Below are positions 11,911 to 25,210 of a stretch of DNA of 63,922 nt, piece after piece. Below the pieces are notes generated by a model. That model was not told the origin of the DNA. It was given only the letters and a program-made list of their open reading frames with translations, and did no database searches. The stretch's first letter is position 1; every line of letters starts with the position of its first letter. The position numbers and the translations under genes were made by a program. Origin of the DNA: Octopus bimaculoides (Eukaryota); NCBI RefSeq assembly GCF_001194135.2, contig NC_068994.1:37138940-37202861 (forward strand), read 5' to 3'.

Positions 11911-14036
11911 AAAAAATAAAGAAATAAAAAAATATAATAACATGGAACAGTCATTCAAAAATAGAAGACTATTAAATTTCATTATTGATCTCTATTTTAT
12001 GATTATCTATGTATCTGTTGATTTGACCTCTCTGATAAAGATTGAGCTGAAATTGGTTTTACCTTATAAATTGCCAAATTATTATTATTATTATTATAAT
12101 TTTTATATTGACTACTACTACTGCTACTACTACTACTACTACTACTACTAACCACTGAAAGTACATCTCATTGCAAAACTCATATCTGGAAAGGATCTGA
12201 AGTCAACAAAATATCTCATCTGTTAAACTACTTCTTAACTAAGTGTGAAAGTACAATTCTAGAAAATCTATAAAATTCTTGCTAGATTATACGAAACAAT
12301 AAATTCTATCTGCTGGGAGCCACCAACCAGTTTGATATTATTTCGGATACTAATACATCACAAAAGCAACATCACAACTAGAAACTATTCAATATTACTT
12401 TATTCCAATACTTTTATTTCCCATTTATATAATTTTCTTAATTTTCCTTATTTACTTATAGTGTCACTGAAAGTCATCTTGTCATAGTTTGGTCTCTGTT
12501 AACCCTTTCATACCAATCATCTAAGATTGTATCTAGTTTTTAGTCTACAAAACATCTTGTTTTATAGTGTTTATATATTTGAATTGAAAAAAACCTTCCA
12601 ATTTAATCTTTATTGCGCAGGAACTGAGTACTTGGTCCTGTGCATATGCATTTGTGATAGGGGAGCTGAGATGATCAATTTTTGATAATGTGGTACTTTC
12701 CGAAATTTTCCACATTTCATATGATTTAGAGTGCTCATTTTATTTTTACTCGCCAATAGAAAGAAGTTGGGAGAATTGATTTGTGTAGCATTAGCATGCT
12801 ATATCAGCGGTAAAAATCTAACCAGTGCAGTGAAGGTTAATTTTAAGTAAGAAGCTTTTGTTGTGCTATGTTCCAAACATTAGAAACAAAAAGGAAAAAC
12901 TTTGTTCTTTTACTAAATCCTATCAGCTCCTTAATTATTTTCAAAATGAATTGGAAAGTGTAAGCTATGGAGTGAAGAAAAGAATAACTAAGTCTCTGGC
13001 TTGATTTCAATCAATTTTCTGGAACAACTTTAGTCAGGAAAGGCATGAACATCTCTCTGGCTCAATTTCAAACAATATTCTAAAACAATTTCATTCAGGA
13101 ATGGTATGAACATCACACTTTTACACCTTATATCTACATTTACTTCTACCTGTATATTTCTCTGAGTCTTCATGTCAATGTATTATTTATTTATAATCAT
13201 GCATACCTTAAATTCAACCCTTTCAAAGCTGTCTGCTGTTAACATGCTATCGTCTTCTGTTCCTTCCTCTCTCTCTCTTGTTATTGTGCTCATCCCTAAT
13301 GACTATTGATTTATTCTCCAATTTTTTTTTTTTTTTTTTTTTTTTTTGCAAACATCTGGGTGTTAAATATTTTATTCTTGCATGATGGTCATTAGTAATA
13401 ATTGTTGTGGCTGAATGGTCAAAGTGATTGCCTCTTCCAACTAACTTAACCATGCTATCACATTTGTGAACTAGAAAATTGGTTTTGCTGTCATTAATCA
13501 TATTCTATTTCAATCCTTCATCATTGCTTTCTGTACATCTCTTAGCATATTTTGCAATTTAGTGAGCTACTGGAACACCAGTGAAAAACTTCCTCTTCGT
13601 GAAGTGTACTTGGAGAAATTTATTCTGGACAGACTAACCCTCTCCATACTAAAAGAACACAATAATTTATGTACATCTGTTTTCTTACTTTATGCAATGC
13701 CACACTTGTTTAAAGTAATAAATTGCACAGCTTACATGGTTTTAAAACTGGAACTAGAAGCACTAAGAGTTATATCTGGTGATGGACATGGCACAACACT
13801 TAGAATAAATTGTTACACAATTTGTAAGCTTTTATTAGTGTTGTACTAATAATGTATCATCATTATTATTGCCACTGACACCACCACAACCACCACCACC
13901 GTCACCACCACCATCACTATCATCACCATAAATATCACCACCATCAACCACCACACAGCTGCCACTGCCACCAACACAGCCACTATTGCCACCACCACTG
14001 CTACTGCTGCCATATATATGTGTGTGTAATTATACA

Positions 14037-14129
<93 letters not shown>

Positions 14130-14149
14130 CATCGTCATCATCATAATTT

Positions 14150-14282
14150 AATATCCATTGTCCATGCTGGCATGGGTTGGACGGTTTGATCAGGGCTGGT
14201 AAGCTGGAAGGCTGCACCAGACTCCTGTCTTATTTGGCATGGTTTTCTTCAGTTGGATGCCCTTCCTAATGCCAACCACTCT
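14150..14282 (-). mobile_element. SINE family C, 3' part
   Basis: CCATGCTGGCATGGGTTGGACGG...GGATGCCCTTCCTAATGCCAACC next to a (CAT)n tail. Confidence 0.8.
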
Positions 14283-14440
14283 GTCGCAGGATTACTTATT
14301 TTTGCTAACTGAGTGAACTGGAGCAACGTGAAATGAAGTGTTTTGCTCAAGAATACAATGTGTCACCCAATCCAGGAATTGAAACCACAATCTTAGGCTC
14401 ATGAGCCCGGCACTCTAACCACTAAGCTATGTGCCTCCAA
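14283..14440 (-). mobile_element. SINE family E head
   Basis: Reverse complement carries TAGCTTAGTGG (A box), GGTTTCAATTCC (B box) and TTGAGCAAAACACTTCATTTCACG. Confidence 0.8.
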
Positions 14441-15372
14441 GATAAAATAAAGTACCAGTTAAGTACCAGTGTCAATGTAATTGAAAGGCTCTCTCTCTCT
14501 CTCCTCAGAATTGCTGGCATTGAATGCCGCAGTGAACTGGTATTCCATTCTGGAGAAATGTGATATTGGTCACTCTTATGTCATGAAAACTGTGTAACTA
14601 GTTTTATGTGTTCTGTGGCTCAAGAAAAATGAAGTAACAAATAAAATTTTCTATATGAAGACACTGTATGAATATTTTATGGTAGTCAGTAGCAACAAAA
14701 GCGTTAATGTATTCCAATACAACATAGCTACAGGCTGCCCTTTGGCAAAGCATAGTACCCATTTATCTGCCCTACCAGAGATACCATGTAGTCATGAGAG
14801 TGCAGCACGATGGATTATGAAGAGGTAGTGGAAGAGCTCAACTGAGCCAACAGTGCTTCTTATATTGCTGCTGAGCAGAGGAATCCAAAATCAATGGTCA
14901 GGATCATCAAGCTCTATCAAGCAAGTAACTGCAATACATCCATAGTGGCAGTGTCCATGGTTGTGTAATCAGCTAATGAAAGAGTCATTATGACCAAAGC
15001 TGCTAATTCAAATTCATAATAATGGAATTGGATTGTGACAGAAAGTCATGGGAATCTGCAGAAGCAGTGAGAAAAGTAGAAAATTGACAGTACCCTTTGA
15101 GTTCCTGAGAGTCTTTTGGGTCTTTAGAATGTTAGATAGATTACCTCATAATATATGTTCTGACACTCAACACTCAGAGTTCAAATCCCTCCGAAGTCAA
15201 CTTTTCCATCTTTTGAAGTCAATAAAAAGTTAGTCTAAGGCAGTGAACTGGAAGATTAGTAAAAGTTTCTGAAATATGCTTTGCAGTTATTTGCTCTGAG
15301 TTCAAATCCTGCCATAGTTGTAGACAATTTGGGGGGGTCTAGTTCCACCTTCTGGCTCTTTGGATTCCTTAA

Positions 15373-15954
15373 CCCTTCATGGGCCAGCAGGGTCCCTTGG
15401 GACCCTAGCAAATTTTAAAAGTTACATACATCTCATGACTTTTATTGCCAGTAAGATTATGCATGCACATACAAATTTTGAGTTAAAAATTTCCAGTCAT
15501 CTGGATGTTATAGCATAAAATATGGTCATTGGGGTCCACCTGGACCCCATTGGCCTTCTGTGAAATTATATTTTTCCGGTTTTTTTTTTTCAGATATTCT
15601 GATGAGCTATATAAGTCAATTTTCTTTGGATTTGTACTGGTATGAATCGAGTTTTATTTTATATTTAGTGCTATATGTATTGCTTATAAAACTATAAGAA
15701 ATGTTGATTTCTTTCAATAAAGGTTTTTTCAGTCAATAAATTATATTTTAATTCCCCTCTGTTAAACACTAATAATTACAAATATGTACCTATAAAGTGC
15801 TAAGTTTCTTGTTCTGTATCATGCACTCACAAATATAGACAAGATTAAACAGATATTACTTTATGGATAGTGCAGAAATGTGCAAAAATGAAAGGGGATC
15901 CCTTGGGACCCCAATGGCTTTTGTGTAATTTCAACCCTGCTGGATCATGATGGG
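15373..15954. mobile_element. piggyBac-type non-autonomous element (MITE), 582 bp
   Basis: TTAA at 15369-15372 and 15955-15958; TIR CCCTTCATGGGCCAGCAGGGT versus CCCATCATGATCCAGCAGGGT (18/21); no ORF. Confidence 0.85.
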
Positions 15955-16604
15955 TTAAATAAATAAAATGCACTTAGTTGCAAGCATTTGAGCCAAATAA
16001 CTGATTTGAAAATACTCTCCACCCATCTCCTAATAGTTCTTAAGGCCCTTTGAAGGGTACTGTATGTGCACTGCCTTCTCTCTTGTCTGAAAGATAGCAA
16101 GAAATACTGTAATGTTAGCAATATGAAAATTTAACTTTCCTAGTGCAATTAGCCACCACCACCATATGAATTACAAATACAGTCACATTTGATAATACAG
16201 ATCTTTAACAAATTAAATGTAAGGCCTCACATTTTTGAGAAGAGAATAATTAATTGTGATGAACTTAATTTTTGATTAGTTTATAAATTTATAGAATCCA
16301 GAAAGATGAAATGCAAAGTTGACCTTGACAGTGGTCTGCCAATTTTTCTATGACACTTTCTCATACCTTTTCTCTTATAATACAGCAGACATAGTCACCA
16401 GGCTATAAAGGCTAATACTCAGATAATTTTTATTATCCTTGCCAACTTTATCTCTCATCTAGTATCAAAAAATAACAATTGATAAAAATAAGCACAGAAG
16501 TTTTATGTAATAGACTATACATTAGACAGTACAGTGCCCCAGTGTGGGCATAGACCAAAGACTGAAGCCAGTAAAAGAATAATAAAATAAAATAATACAT
16601 GTAA

Positions 16605-16637
<33 letters not shown>

Positions 16638-16900
16638 TACATGCACAAACACACAAACAGTCACACATCCAAATATAACATACATATATCTATATGTATA
16701 TATATGCATGTATATGTATCTATGCCTGTCTCTGTCTCTCTCTGTCTCTGTCTCTGTCTTTGTCTGTCTGTCTGTCTGTCTCTGTCTGCCTATATGTCTG
16801 CCTGTCCGTCTGTCTGTCTCTCTCTCTGTATGTATATATCATCAGTAAATTACAAATCTAAAGGAGAAGCACACTCTAAGTTTTAGAGCAGTAGAGTATT

Positions 16901-17077
16901 TAGATAAAGATAGATATGGCCGGTCTACAGGGTTAGCCTGGATTTCACATCCATAAAGCACTTAGGTTTACAGCTTCAGACACATTGGCCTACCCGCTTA
17001 GGGTCTGAAGAAATGTTGTAAAGCTAAGCACTTTATGGACGCAAAACTCATAGACCAGCCATATCTATCTTTATCTA
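16901..17077. mobile_element. Foldback/MITE-like inverted repeat, 177 bp
   Basis: Arms TAGATAAAGATAGATATGGC(C/T)GGTCTA...TCCATAAAG..CTTAG.TTTACA...CTTCAGAC around a 21-nt loop (16982-17002). Confidence 0.75.
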
Positions 17078-17105
17078 TCTATCTATATATATATATATAC
17101 ATACA

Positions 17106-17146
<41 letters not shown>

Positions 17147-17148
<2 letters not shown>

Positions 17149-17550
17149 TCTTACTCTTACTTGTTTCAGTCATTTGACTGCGGCCATGCTGGAGCACCGC
17201 CTTTAGTCGAACAAATCGACCCCAGGACTTATTCTTTGGAAGCCTAGTACTTATTCTATCGGTCTCTTTTGCCGAACCGCTAAGTTACAGGGACGTAAAC
17301 ACACCAGCATCGGTTGTCAAGCAATGTTGGGGGGACAAACACAGACACACAAACATATACACACACATATATATACATACATATATACGACGGGATTCCC
17401 TCAGCTTCTGCCCACCAAATCCACTCACAAGGCCTTGGTCGGCCCGAGGCTATAGTAGAAGACACTTGCCCAAGGTGCCACGCAGTGGGACTGAACCCAG
17501 AACCATGTGGTTGGTAAGCAAGCTACTTACCACACAGCCACTCCCGCGCC
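17147..17550 (-). mobile_element. SINE family A, well-preserved CpG-rich copy
   Basis: Complete head, central microsatellite and tail; many CpGs retained. Confidence 0.95.
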
Positions 17551-17922
17551 TATATATATATAATATATATATATACATATATAAAACATACATCTGCATT
17601 TTTTCTGCATTTTTCGTGCAGCTGAAGATTGCTCTTCATATTGCATTTAAGGTAATGCTCACATTACTTAAATAAATTGAAGTAGCATGAAACGTGCGTA
17701 CTGCAATCACTTTTGAAATCCGTGTTGCTTATTGTTTGATTTTAAATCACCCATCCTTTTGGGATGCGATATTCGGGTGCCTTCGCATAAAGTACCATAT
17801 TCAAGCCTTGAATCTATATCTAAACCGTCTACACACACATATAGCTATATTTGAACATGTATTGTGCGTGTATACATATATATGTATATAAATACATATA
17901 TGTATATATTGGATATACATAT

Positions 17923-17965
<43 letters not shown>

Positions 17966-18428
17966 TATATATACAATTATATGTGTTTATATATACACAG
18001 AGAGAAAGAGAGAGAGAGAGAGTTATGTGTTTGGCTCTGCATATTAAGATAGTGAAAATAGCTTTACACATCAATTAGAAATGAAAGCTAAAAGAAAATT
18101 CATATTCAGAGAGAAATAGATAGACATTTCTAATATAATGCATTAAGGCTAACTTACTTTAAAAAAAAAAGAAAAGAAAAATTCAAGATTTTGTCCATAA
18201 ATTTATTCAGGGAAGATATCTAATAAAAAGAGAAGCAACGAGAGAACGAAGTGATTTTATTTCAGAAATAGTCAGCAGATAAAGAGCTTTCCATATTTTG
18301 TGAGTTCGGTTGATTAAAGAGAAAAGTAAAAAAAAAAAGTTCTCTAAACAATCTCTTTGTCAATGTGCGCATGTATTTTACTAACACTAGCTTATGCAGA
18401 AATTTGTATACATACCTACCAATGTCTA

Positions 18429-18523
<95 letters not shown>

Positions 18524-19092
18524 TCATACATACTAGATATATGTAGTAGGTGATGAATATATTGGCCTTTAAGCTATAGAAATTTTTTCCTCCCCTTTTT
18601 TTTTTTCTTTTTCCGTCTGTTGAATCTTTTTCCATACCAGGCTGAGAAGTTGGCTGATGAAGTCTTTCAAATGGCGATTTCATTTGAATTTCCATGACAA
18701 TCCTTGGTGAGGTTCTAAAGTCGATTCTTTCTTCTAAATAGATATTACCAGGCCTTCTCTATAGAGAATTGAGAATGTTTTCCTTCATCAATACAAAATA
18801 ATGGACCCATAGAACAAGTACGAATGGCTTTTGTGTATGTAATTGCATGAAATATTTTCCTTCTTTTCATTAGAACACACAGGAAAGAAACCTTATTCAT
18901 TTCTCCATTCTCAGTTGTACAGTGAATATTATACTAAATAAGTATTTCTGATGGCTGCAAGAGGTGTTGTTTGTATATATTACACACGTATATATACATA
19001 TTATGGATTTGTTTGTGTGTGTGCGAAGATACATACATACGTGCATGCATTCAATACATATGTGCGTGTGTGTGTATGTTTGTGTGCTCATA

Positions 19093-19124
<32 letters not shown>

Positions 19125-19359
19125 CGCATACACACACATTTCTCGTTTATTTTGTGTATGTACTATATATAACATATAATGCATATATTATAATAAATAT
19201 TCAATAATTTGTGTAAAATATATTGTATATTAAATGATATTGTTCAAACATATATACAAAACACACAAACATAAATATACATACATACATATATATACAT
19301 ACATACATACATACATATATATATACATGTATAGACATCTGTCGTTTATATTAGATATT

Positions 19360-19403
<44 letters not shown>

Positions 19404-19624
19404 GAAAATACCAATATATTGTATAATGTATAATCTATAAATATATAAATATGTATATATAAACATATAAATATGTATATAAAAATAATATACATATGCA
19501 CATTCCACTCTGTCATTCTATCCACCAGTCTCTCTTTCTTTGTCATTGTCTCTCTTTTTCCTTCTTTCTTTCAGCATCTACCTCCATTTCTCTCTGTCTG
19601 TCTAATTATCTCTCATTATACACA

Positions 19625-19671
<47 letters not shown>

Positions 19672-20500
19672 ATATATATATGTGTTATTTATACTTATGT
19701 TTGTACAAATTACATAAATACATTCACATGTATGGATATGTGTGTGTGTGTCTATATATATATGTGTGTGTGTGTGTGTATGTGTGTATGTATGTATACA
19801 TTTATGTCTGTATGTTTGTATGTATGTATGCACACTCACACACATAAATGTTGATTTGCAAGAAATAGCATTGCTACAGTTTGCAGATTTTATGCAAGAA
19901 GTATTCCATTAAGTTAGGTATTATAAACAGCTAATAATAAAAGTAAATTTTATTTATTTTTACATTTATTTATAAATGAAGAGTAGAGTAAAGTCTAGAA
20001 GTTGTGAATGTGATTTGGACATGGCTCCAAAAGCTAAATGATGTTAGACATTAATATCATAATGCATAATATTATATCACTATTAGGTTGTAATGGTTTG
20101 CATGTGAAGCTGCTGAAAGAAATATTGTTACAATACTGGAATATCTTGTAATATTCTGTGATTAATGCATTGCAATTGTTAACTTAGCCATTCTCACTAT
20201 GCTATTTGTACTATAAAAAGTAACAGTATTGTATTATATGCAAGTTAACAGTATTGTACTGAACAAAGTTATAGTATAGTGATAGACATAAAAATATGAA
20301 GAGAGGAAAGTACTCTGTTTGTTCATGTGTGTATTTTTCTAAGCTAATACCATCATCGTCATCATTGTCATCATTTTATGTCTGCTTTTATACTGGCATG
20401 GGTAGGAAAGATTGACTGGAATTAAAGGGTCACTGGATTATGTCTTCCTCCAAAGTCTCATATACATGTACATTTATAAATGTGTGTGTGTGTGTGTGTG

Positions 20501-20537
<37 letters not shown>

Positions 20538-20544
20538 ATATTTT

Positions 20545-20683
20545 GCAGAACCAACAGAGTGACTCAAGGTCTGAGAGTTTCGTCCATTAGCACTTATCAA
20601 ACTAATTGAAGGGTCCTGTTATTAGTTTGATAAGTGCTGATGCATGAAAACTCTTAGATCTTGAGTCACTCTGTTGCTTCTGC
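20545..20683. mobile_element. Foldback/MITE-like hairpin, about 62-bp arms and 14-nt loop
   Basis: GCAGAA(C/G)CAACAGAGTGACTCAAG...AGCACTTATCAAACTAAT at 20545-20606 is inverted at 20621-20683. Confidence 0.8.
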
Positions 20684-20764
20684 TAAATAGTAATGAAGAT
20701 ATACATAGACTCAATTTGAATTCTACCTTTTTCCTGTTTGTATCACCATATCATCATCGTTATC

Positions 20765-20945
20765 ATTATCGTCATTGTTTAACATCTGCCTTCCATGCTA
20801 GGCATGGGTGAAATGGATTCACAAGATTCGGCCAGGCAGAAGCCTGCACCAAACTTCAGTGACTGTTTGGTAGGATTTTTACAGCTGGATGCTCTTTCTA
20901 ACACCAGCCGCTCAGCAGAATGGATTTAGTGCTTTTTACATGGCA
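20765..20945 (-). mobile_element. SINE family C, 5'-truncated
   Basis: TTTAACATCTGCCTTCCATGCTAG...CTACAGCTGGATGC. Confidence 0.8.
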
Positions 20946-20979
20946 CAAGCACAGAATATATATATATATATATATATAT

Positions 20980-21160
20980 ATGTAAAAGCACCCACTACAC
21001 TCTCTGAGTGGTTGGCGTTAGGAAGGGCATCCAGCTGTAGAAACTCTGCCAAATTAGATTGGAGCCTGGTGTTGCCATCCGGTTTCACCAGTCCTCAGTC
21101 AAATCGTCCAACCCATGCTAGCATGGAAGGCGGACATTAAATGATGATGACGATGATGAT
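20980..21160 (+). mobile_element. SINE family C, 5'-truncated
   Basis: GGTTGGCGTTAGGAAGGGCATCCAGCTGTAG...GCATGGAAGGCGGACATTAAA followed by a (TGA)n tail. Confidence 0.9.
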
Positions 21161-21204
<44 letters not shown>

Positions 21205-21337
21205 TGGATAGATAGATAGATAGATATTCATGTATATAAATATATATANNNNNNNNNNNNNNNNNNNNNNNNNNNNNNNNNNNNNNNNNNNNNNNNNNNN
21301 NNNNNNNNNNNNNNNNNNNNNNNNNNNNNNNNNTATA

Positions 21338-22611
21338 TCAGGTTGAGTAAAAAGTAAGCAACGTTTTGAAACATGAAATTCATGACAATATATTTCAACA
21401 ATGCAGAAATTTTATTCATCAATGTAAGTACCATTACATTCAACACATTTTTGCCATTGAGTTACAAGTTTGTTTATTCTGGTAAAATCTGGTGTTTTGG
21501 AGCTGATGAACTCTTTGAATGCACTTTCAGCATTGGTTTGATTTTTGAACTCCTCCTGCAGGAAAGTGATAGTCAGTAGAAAGTAATAGTCAGTAGAAGA
21601 AAGGTCTTGGGAATAAGCTGGGTGGGGAAGAACTTTGTAGCCAGGTTCCCTCAACTTCTGGAGTGTCATTAGGGAAACATGTGGTCAAGCATTGTCATGA
21701 AGAATGATTGGCCCTCTTCTGTTGACCAGTCTGGGACAGAGGAGCAGCAGTTTGTCATCCATTTTGGCAATTTCATGGCAATATGTTTCTGCAGTAAGGG
21801 TTTTTCTGGGTTTTAAGAAGTTATAGTGGATGAGTCCAGCAGTACATCACCAAACAGTCACCATAACCTTCATTTTATAAAATGCTCAGATTTAGGGAAG
21901 GTTTTCGGTGCTTCATTTTGGTCCAGCCACTGCAAAGAAAGTTTTCCATTATTACACAGAATGCACTTTTCATCGCAAATTACGATACATTCTAGAAATG
22001 GATCGGTCTGGTTACAGAGAAGAAGCGAGAAGCAAATTTCATATCTGCGCATTTTCTGATTTTCATTCAAATCACGTAGTTCCTATTTGTCAAGCTTTTT
22101 TGATTCTCTGATCACATGCAAATGGTTGCAGGTAGTTTTCTGACTAACTTGAAGTTCTTTTGTCAGTTCTCGAGTGGTTTTAGGTGGATCTTTCTTAATG
22201 ATGGTTTTGAATTGACCATCATCGATGACAGATGGGCATCTACTGCACTCATAATCTTCAAGGCTCAGGTTTCCACTGCGAAACTGTTTAACCCATTTTC
22301 GAGCTGACCACTCACAGTCATTTTCTCACCAAATGTTTCGTTGATATCATGAACAGTTTCAGCTGCATTAGGTCCTTTTTGACTGTAAATGATAAAATTG
22401 CTTGAATATCGTGCTTTGACAGTTCCATTTCAGATTATTGTAACAATGGTGAAAAAAATATCAATGTTAATTTATTGATGCATTTGGGCAAGTCTATATC
22501 TGTATTATCAGACAACTGCAAAAGAAATGGTTAAAAAAATTCAAATCTCTGCAAAAATTCAGTACAAGTTCTTTATGGCTCAGAATGTCTCTTACTTTTT
22601 ACTCAACCTGA
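21338..22611 (-). mobile_element. Full-length decayed mariner (Hsmar1/cecropia-like), 1274 bp
   Basis: Perfect TIR TCAGGTTGAGTAAAAAGTAAG at both ends, flanked by TA. Peptides LNENQK..R.EIC, IVICDEK, ILHDNA*PH and LPHPAYSQDLSSTDY give a DD34D-type triad; stops and frameshifts. Confidence 0.95.
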
Positions 22612-22645
22612 TATATATGCATGCATATGTATGTGTGGGTGTGTA

Positions 22646-23020
22646 GGTACAGGCATGGCTGTGTGATAAAGGATCACGTTTTGCAACCATAGGGTGTTGG
22701 GTTCAGTACTTCATGACACTTTAGGCAAGTGTCTTCTACTATAGTCCAGACCAACCAATATCTTGTAAGTGAATTTGGTAGATGGAAACTGTGTGGAAGC
22801 CCATCATGAATGTGTGTATGTATGAATGTATGTGTGTATGTATGTCTCAGTGTTTGCTTACATCTCTGTACCTTTGCAGTTTGGCAGAAGATACTGACAG
22901 AATAAAAATCAGACTTGAAAATGAAGTATTGGGGTTTATTTGTTTGACTAAACACTTCAACTTGATGTTCTAGCATGGCCACAGTCCAATGACTGAAACA
23001 AATAAACAATAAAAGATAAA
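22646..23020 (+). mobile_element. SINE family A
   Basis: Head, central (TG)n and tail as in other copies. Confidence 0.9.
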
Positions 23021-23770
23021 GACACATAAGTATGCATGTATATATTAAGCATCTTCATAAGCATCTTCATATGAAACATAACATATCCTTTGTAATAACA
23101 CAGGAACAAGAAATTTAGTATCTTGATAATTCTAAGACAGTCAACTGTTCAAATGGAGCTGCAAGTTAGCGTCTCATGTATTGTTCTTTTGTTTTCTTAA
23201 CTTAAGTCTGTCAGAAGCTTATTTTGGTACCAAATCAAAAGGAACCATTTTAAATAATTCCGCACTACTTAACATAAATATCACTACAGTGATCATCTGT
23301 AAGCTCACCCAGAAGGAATATGTAGGGTGTGGTTATCATTTGTAAAAGCGTGCATGAATGATATTAAAGCAAGTGTTAGTTATGAGTTCATAAAGAAGAC
23401 AATCTCCCTATGTGAACAATAAGATGTTTGAATCCTCTTAGAGATAAAGTGCATTGGTATATTGGTTTTCTATGTTTTGTGGATGTGTTTGTGTGTGTAC
23501 AATTGTGTGTATATATAACTATCTCTCTCACTCTTTTTCACTCACTCTCATTCACTCACTCTTTCTCACTCACTCTCATTCACTCTTTCTTTCTCTCTCT
23601 CTCTCTCTTTCCTTATATAACTATTCGTTTTCTGTCTATCTATTTCACAAACGCAGACACACATGCATGCACCCATGCACACACTCATATAGATATATGC
23701 ATATGTTATATGCATGTGTATATATATGTGTGTGTGTATATATGTGTGTATGTGTGTGTGTGTGTGTGTG

Positions 23771-23846
<76 letters not shown>

Positions 23847-24163
23847 TATACATGTGTACATGCATACATGTTTATATACATACATGCAGATATTTACTTA
23901 TATACTTACAGTAATAGCATCACATCAAGGAATTCAGCTCTATCAAAACCAAAAAGTGAGACAGAATGATATATATATATATATAATTGAAAATATTTGG
24001 AGTCAACAAGAAGGGAAAACATTTTTCAGTTATCTATTCACACACGAAGCCGAAACGCAAACCTGGAAGTACGTATAATACTACTACTGTATAGTACAGG
24101 GTGAAATCTGAAAGTGGACAAGCCTTATACTGTACTCTACTATGTTCTTAACAGAATATACTA

Positions 24164-24198
<35 letters not shown>

Positions 24199-24201
<3 letters not shown>

Positions 24202-25175
24202 TTCATCATCATCCAAAATGCGCCTCCCCTTCAAAAAAGACTTCATGGTTGGAAAGAGGTGGAAGTCAGATGGTGTGACATTGGGAGAGTAAGGAGGATG
24301 AGAAGGGATTTCATAGTCACAGGAGTGTGCTTTCATCTGGGCAACATGTGAATTGTGAACTGGGGCATCTTGGAGGAGGTGGACTCCTTTCGTCAGCATG
24401 CCATGCCTCTCTGCTTTGACAGTGTCCCACAATTTTTGCAGCAGAGAAGCATAATATGCCCTATTAATTGTGGTGCCCTTTGCCAGAAAATCCATCATCA
24501 CTTCTCTGCACTGGTCCCAAACAATTGTGAGCATTACCTTGCCTGCTGAGAGTTGGACACGAGCCTTCTTTGGAGGTGGTGAGTTATCATACTTTCATTA
24601 CTTTGACTGGACTGTAGTCTCAGTATCACAGTGATGGACTCAAGTTTCATCCTGTGTGATAAGTCTGCTGAAAAAGTCCTCCTCATTTTCTTGGCGCATT
24701 GCCAAAATAGCCTGGGAGCAATTGACTCGTTCCTACTTCTGAAAAGGGGTGAACATCCTAGGAATCCATTGTACATGTGGAAGACAACTTAATGGATTGT
24801 GTCATCATCAATGGTGGAATGTAGTTGTCCAGGAATAGGATTAGTTTCCACCAATGTCCAACCACATTTGAACTGGCGATGCCAGTGCTTGACTACATCA
24901 TATGATGGTGCATTGTTACCATAAACTTCTTTCATCTCATTGAAAGTCTCTTTTGGTGTACGACCTTTCAAGTATAAGAACCTGATCGCTAATCTGCATT
25001 CAACTGCCTCGATTATAACACCTTAGTCCACTTCACCAGCCGTAAAAGTCAAACAAATGCTAGTGGAAAGCTGCAATTTACAATGTGATATATAGAGACA
25101 TATATGATTATACCTGCATAAGTTCCATTTTCTGCCTCAACGGAAGTGGGTTAGGGAAAATCTTTAATGAACACA

Positions 25176-25177
<2 letters not shown>
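24199..25177 (-). mobile_element. Decayed mariner (Himar1/irritans-like), 3' end missing
   Basis: KGRTPKETFNEMKEVYGNNAPSY (HTH region) and VWD...DFLAKGTTINRAYYASLL..HPPYSPNVTPSDFHLFPTMK. One TIR-like end GGTGTGTTCATTAAAGATTTTCCC next to TA; coding stops abruptly at the (TA)n near 24198. Confidence 0.9.

Positions 25178-25210
<33 letters not shown>

Noticed and set aside
12499-12840. Possible third TTAA-CCCTTT piggyBac-type MITE
   Set aside because: The left end resembles 28082-28314 but no matching right TIR was found
14700-14800. GCPL motif suggesting a reverse transcriptase QGCPLS segment
   Set aside because: Four-residue match only; the surrounding frames lack RT motifs
18638-18758. 121-nt minus-strand exon candidate overlapping a 66-nt plus-strand candidate (18641-18706)
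   Set aside because: Equally plausible cassettes on both strands show how easily such signals arise by chance
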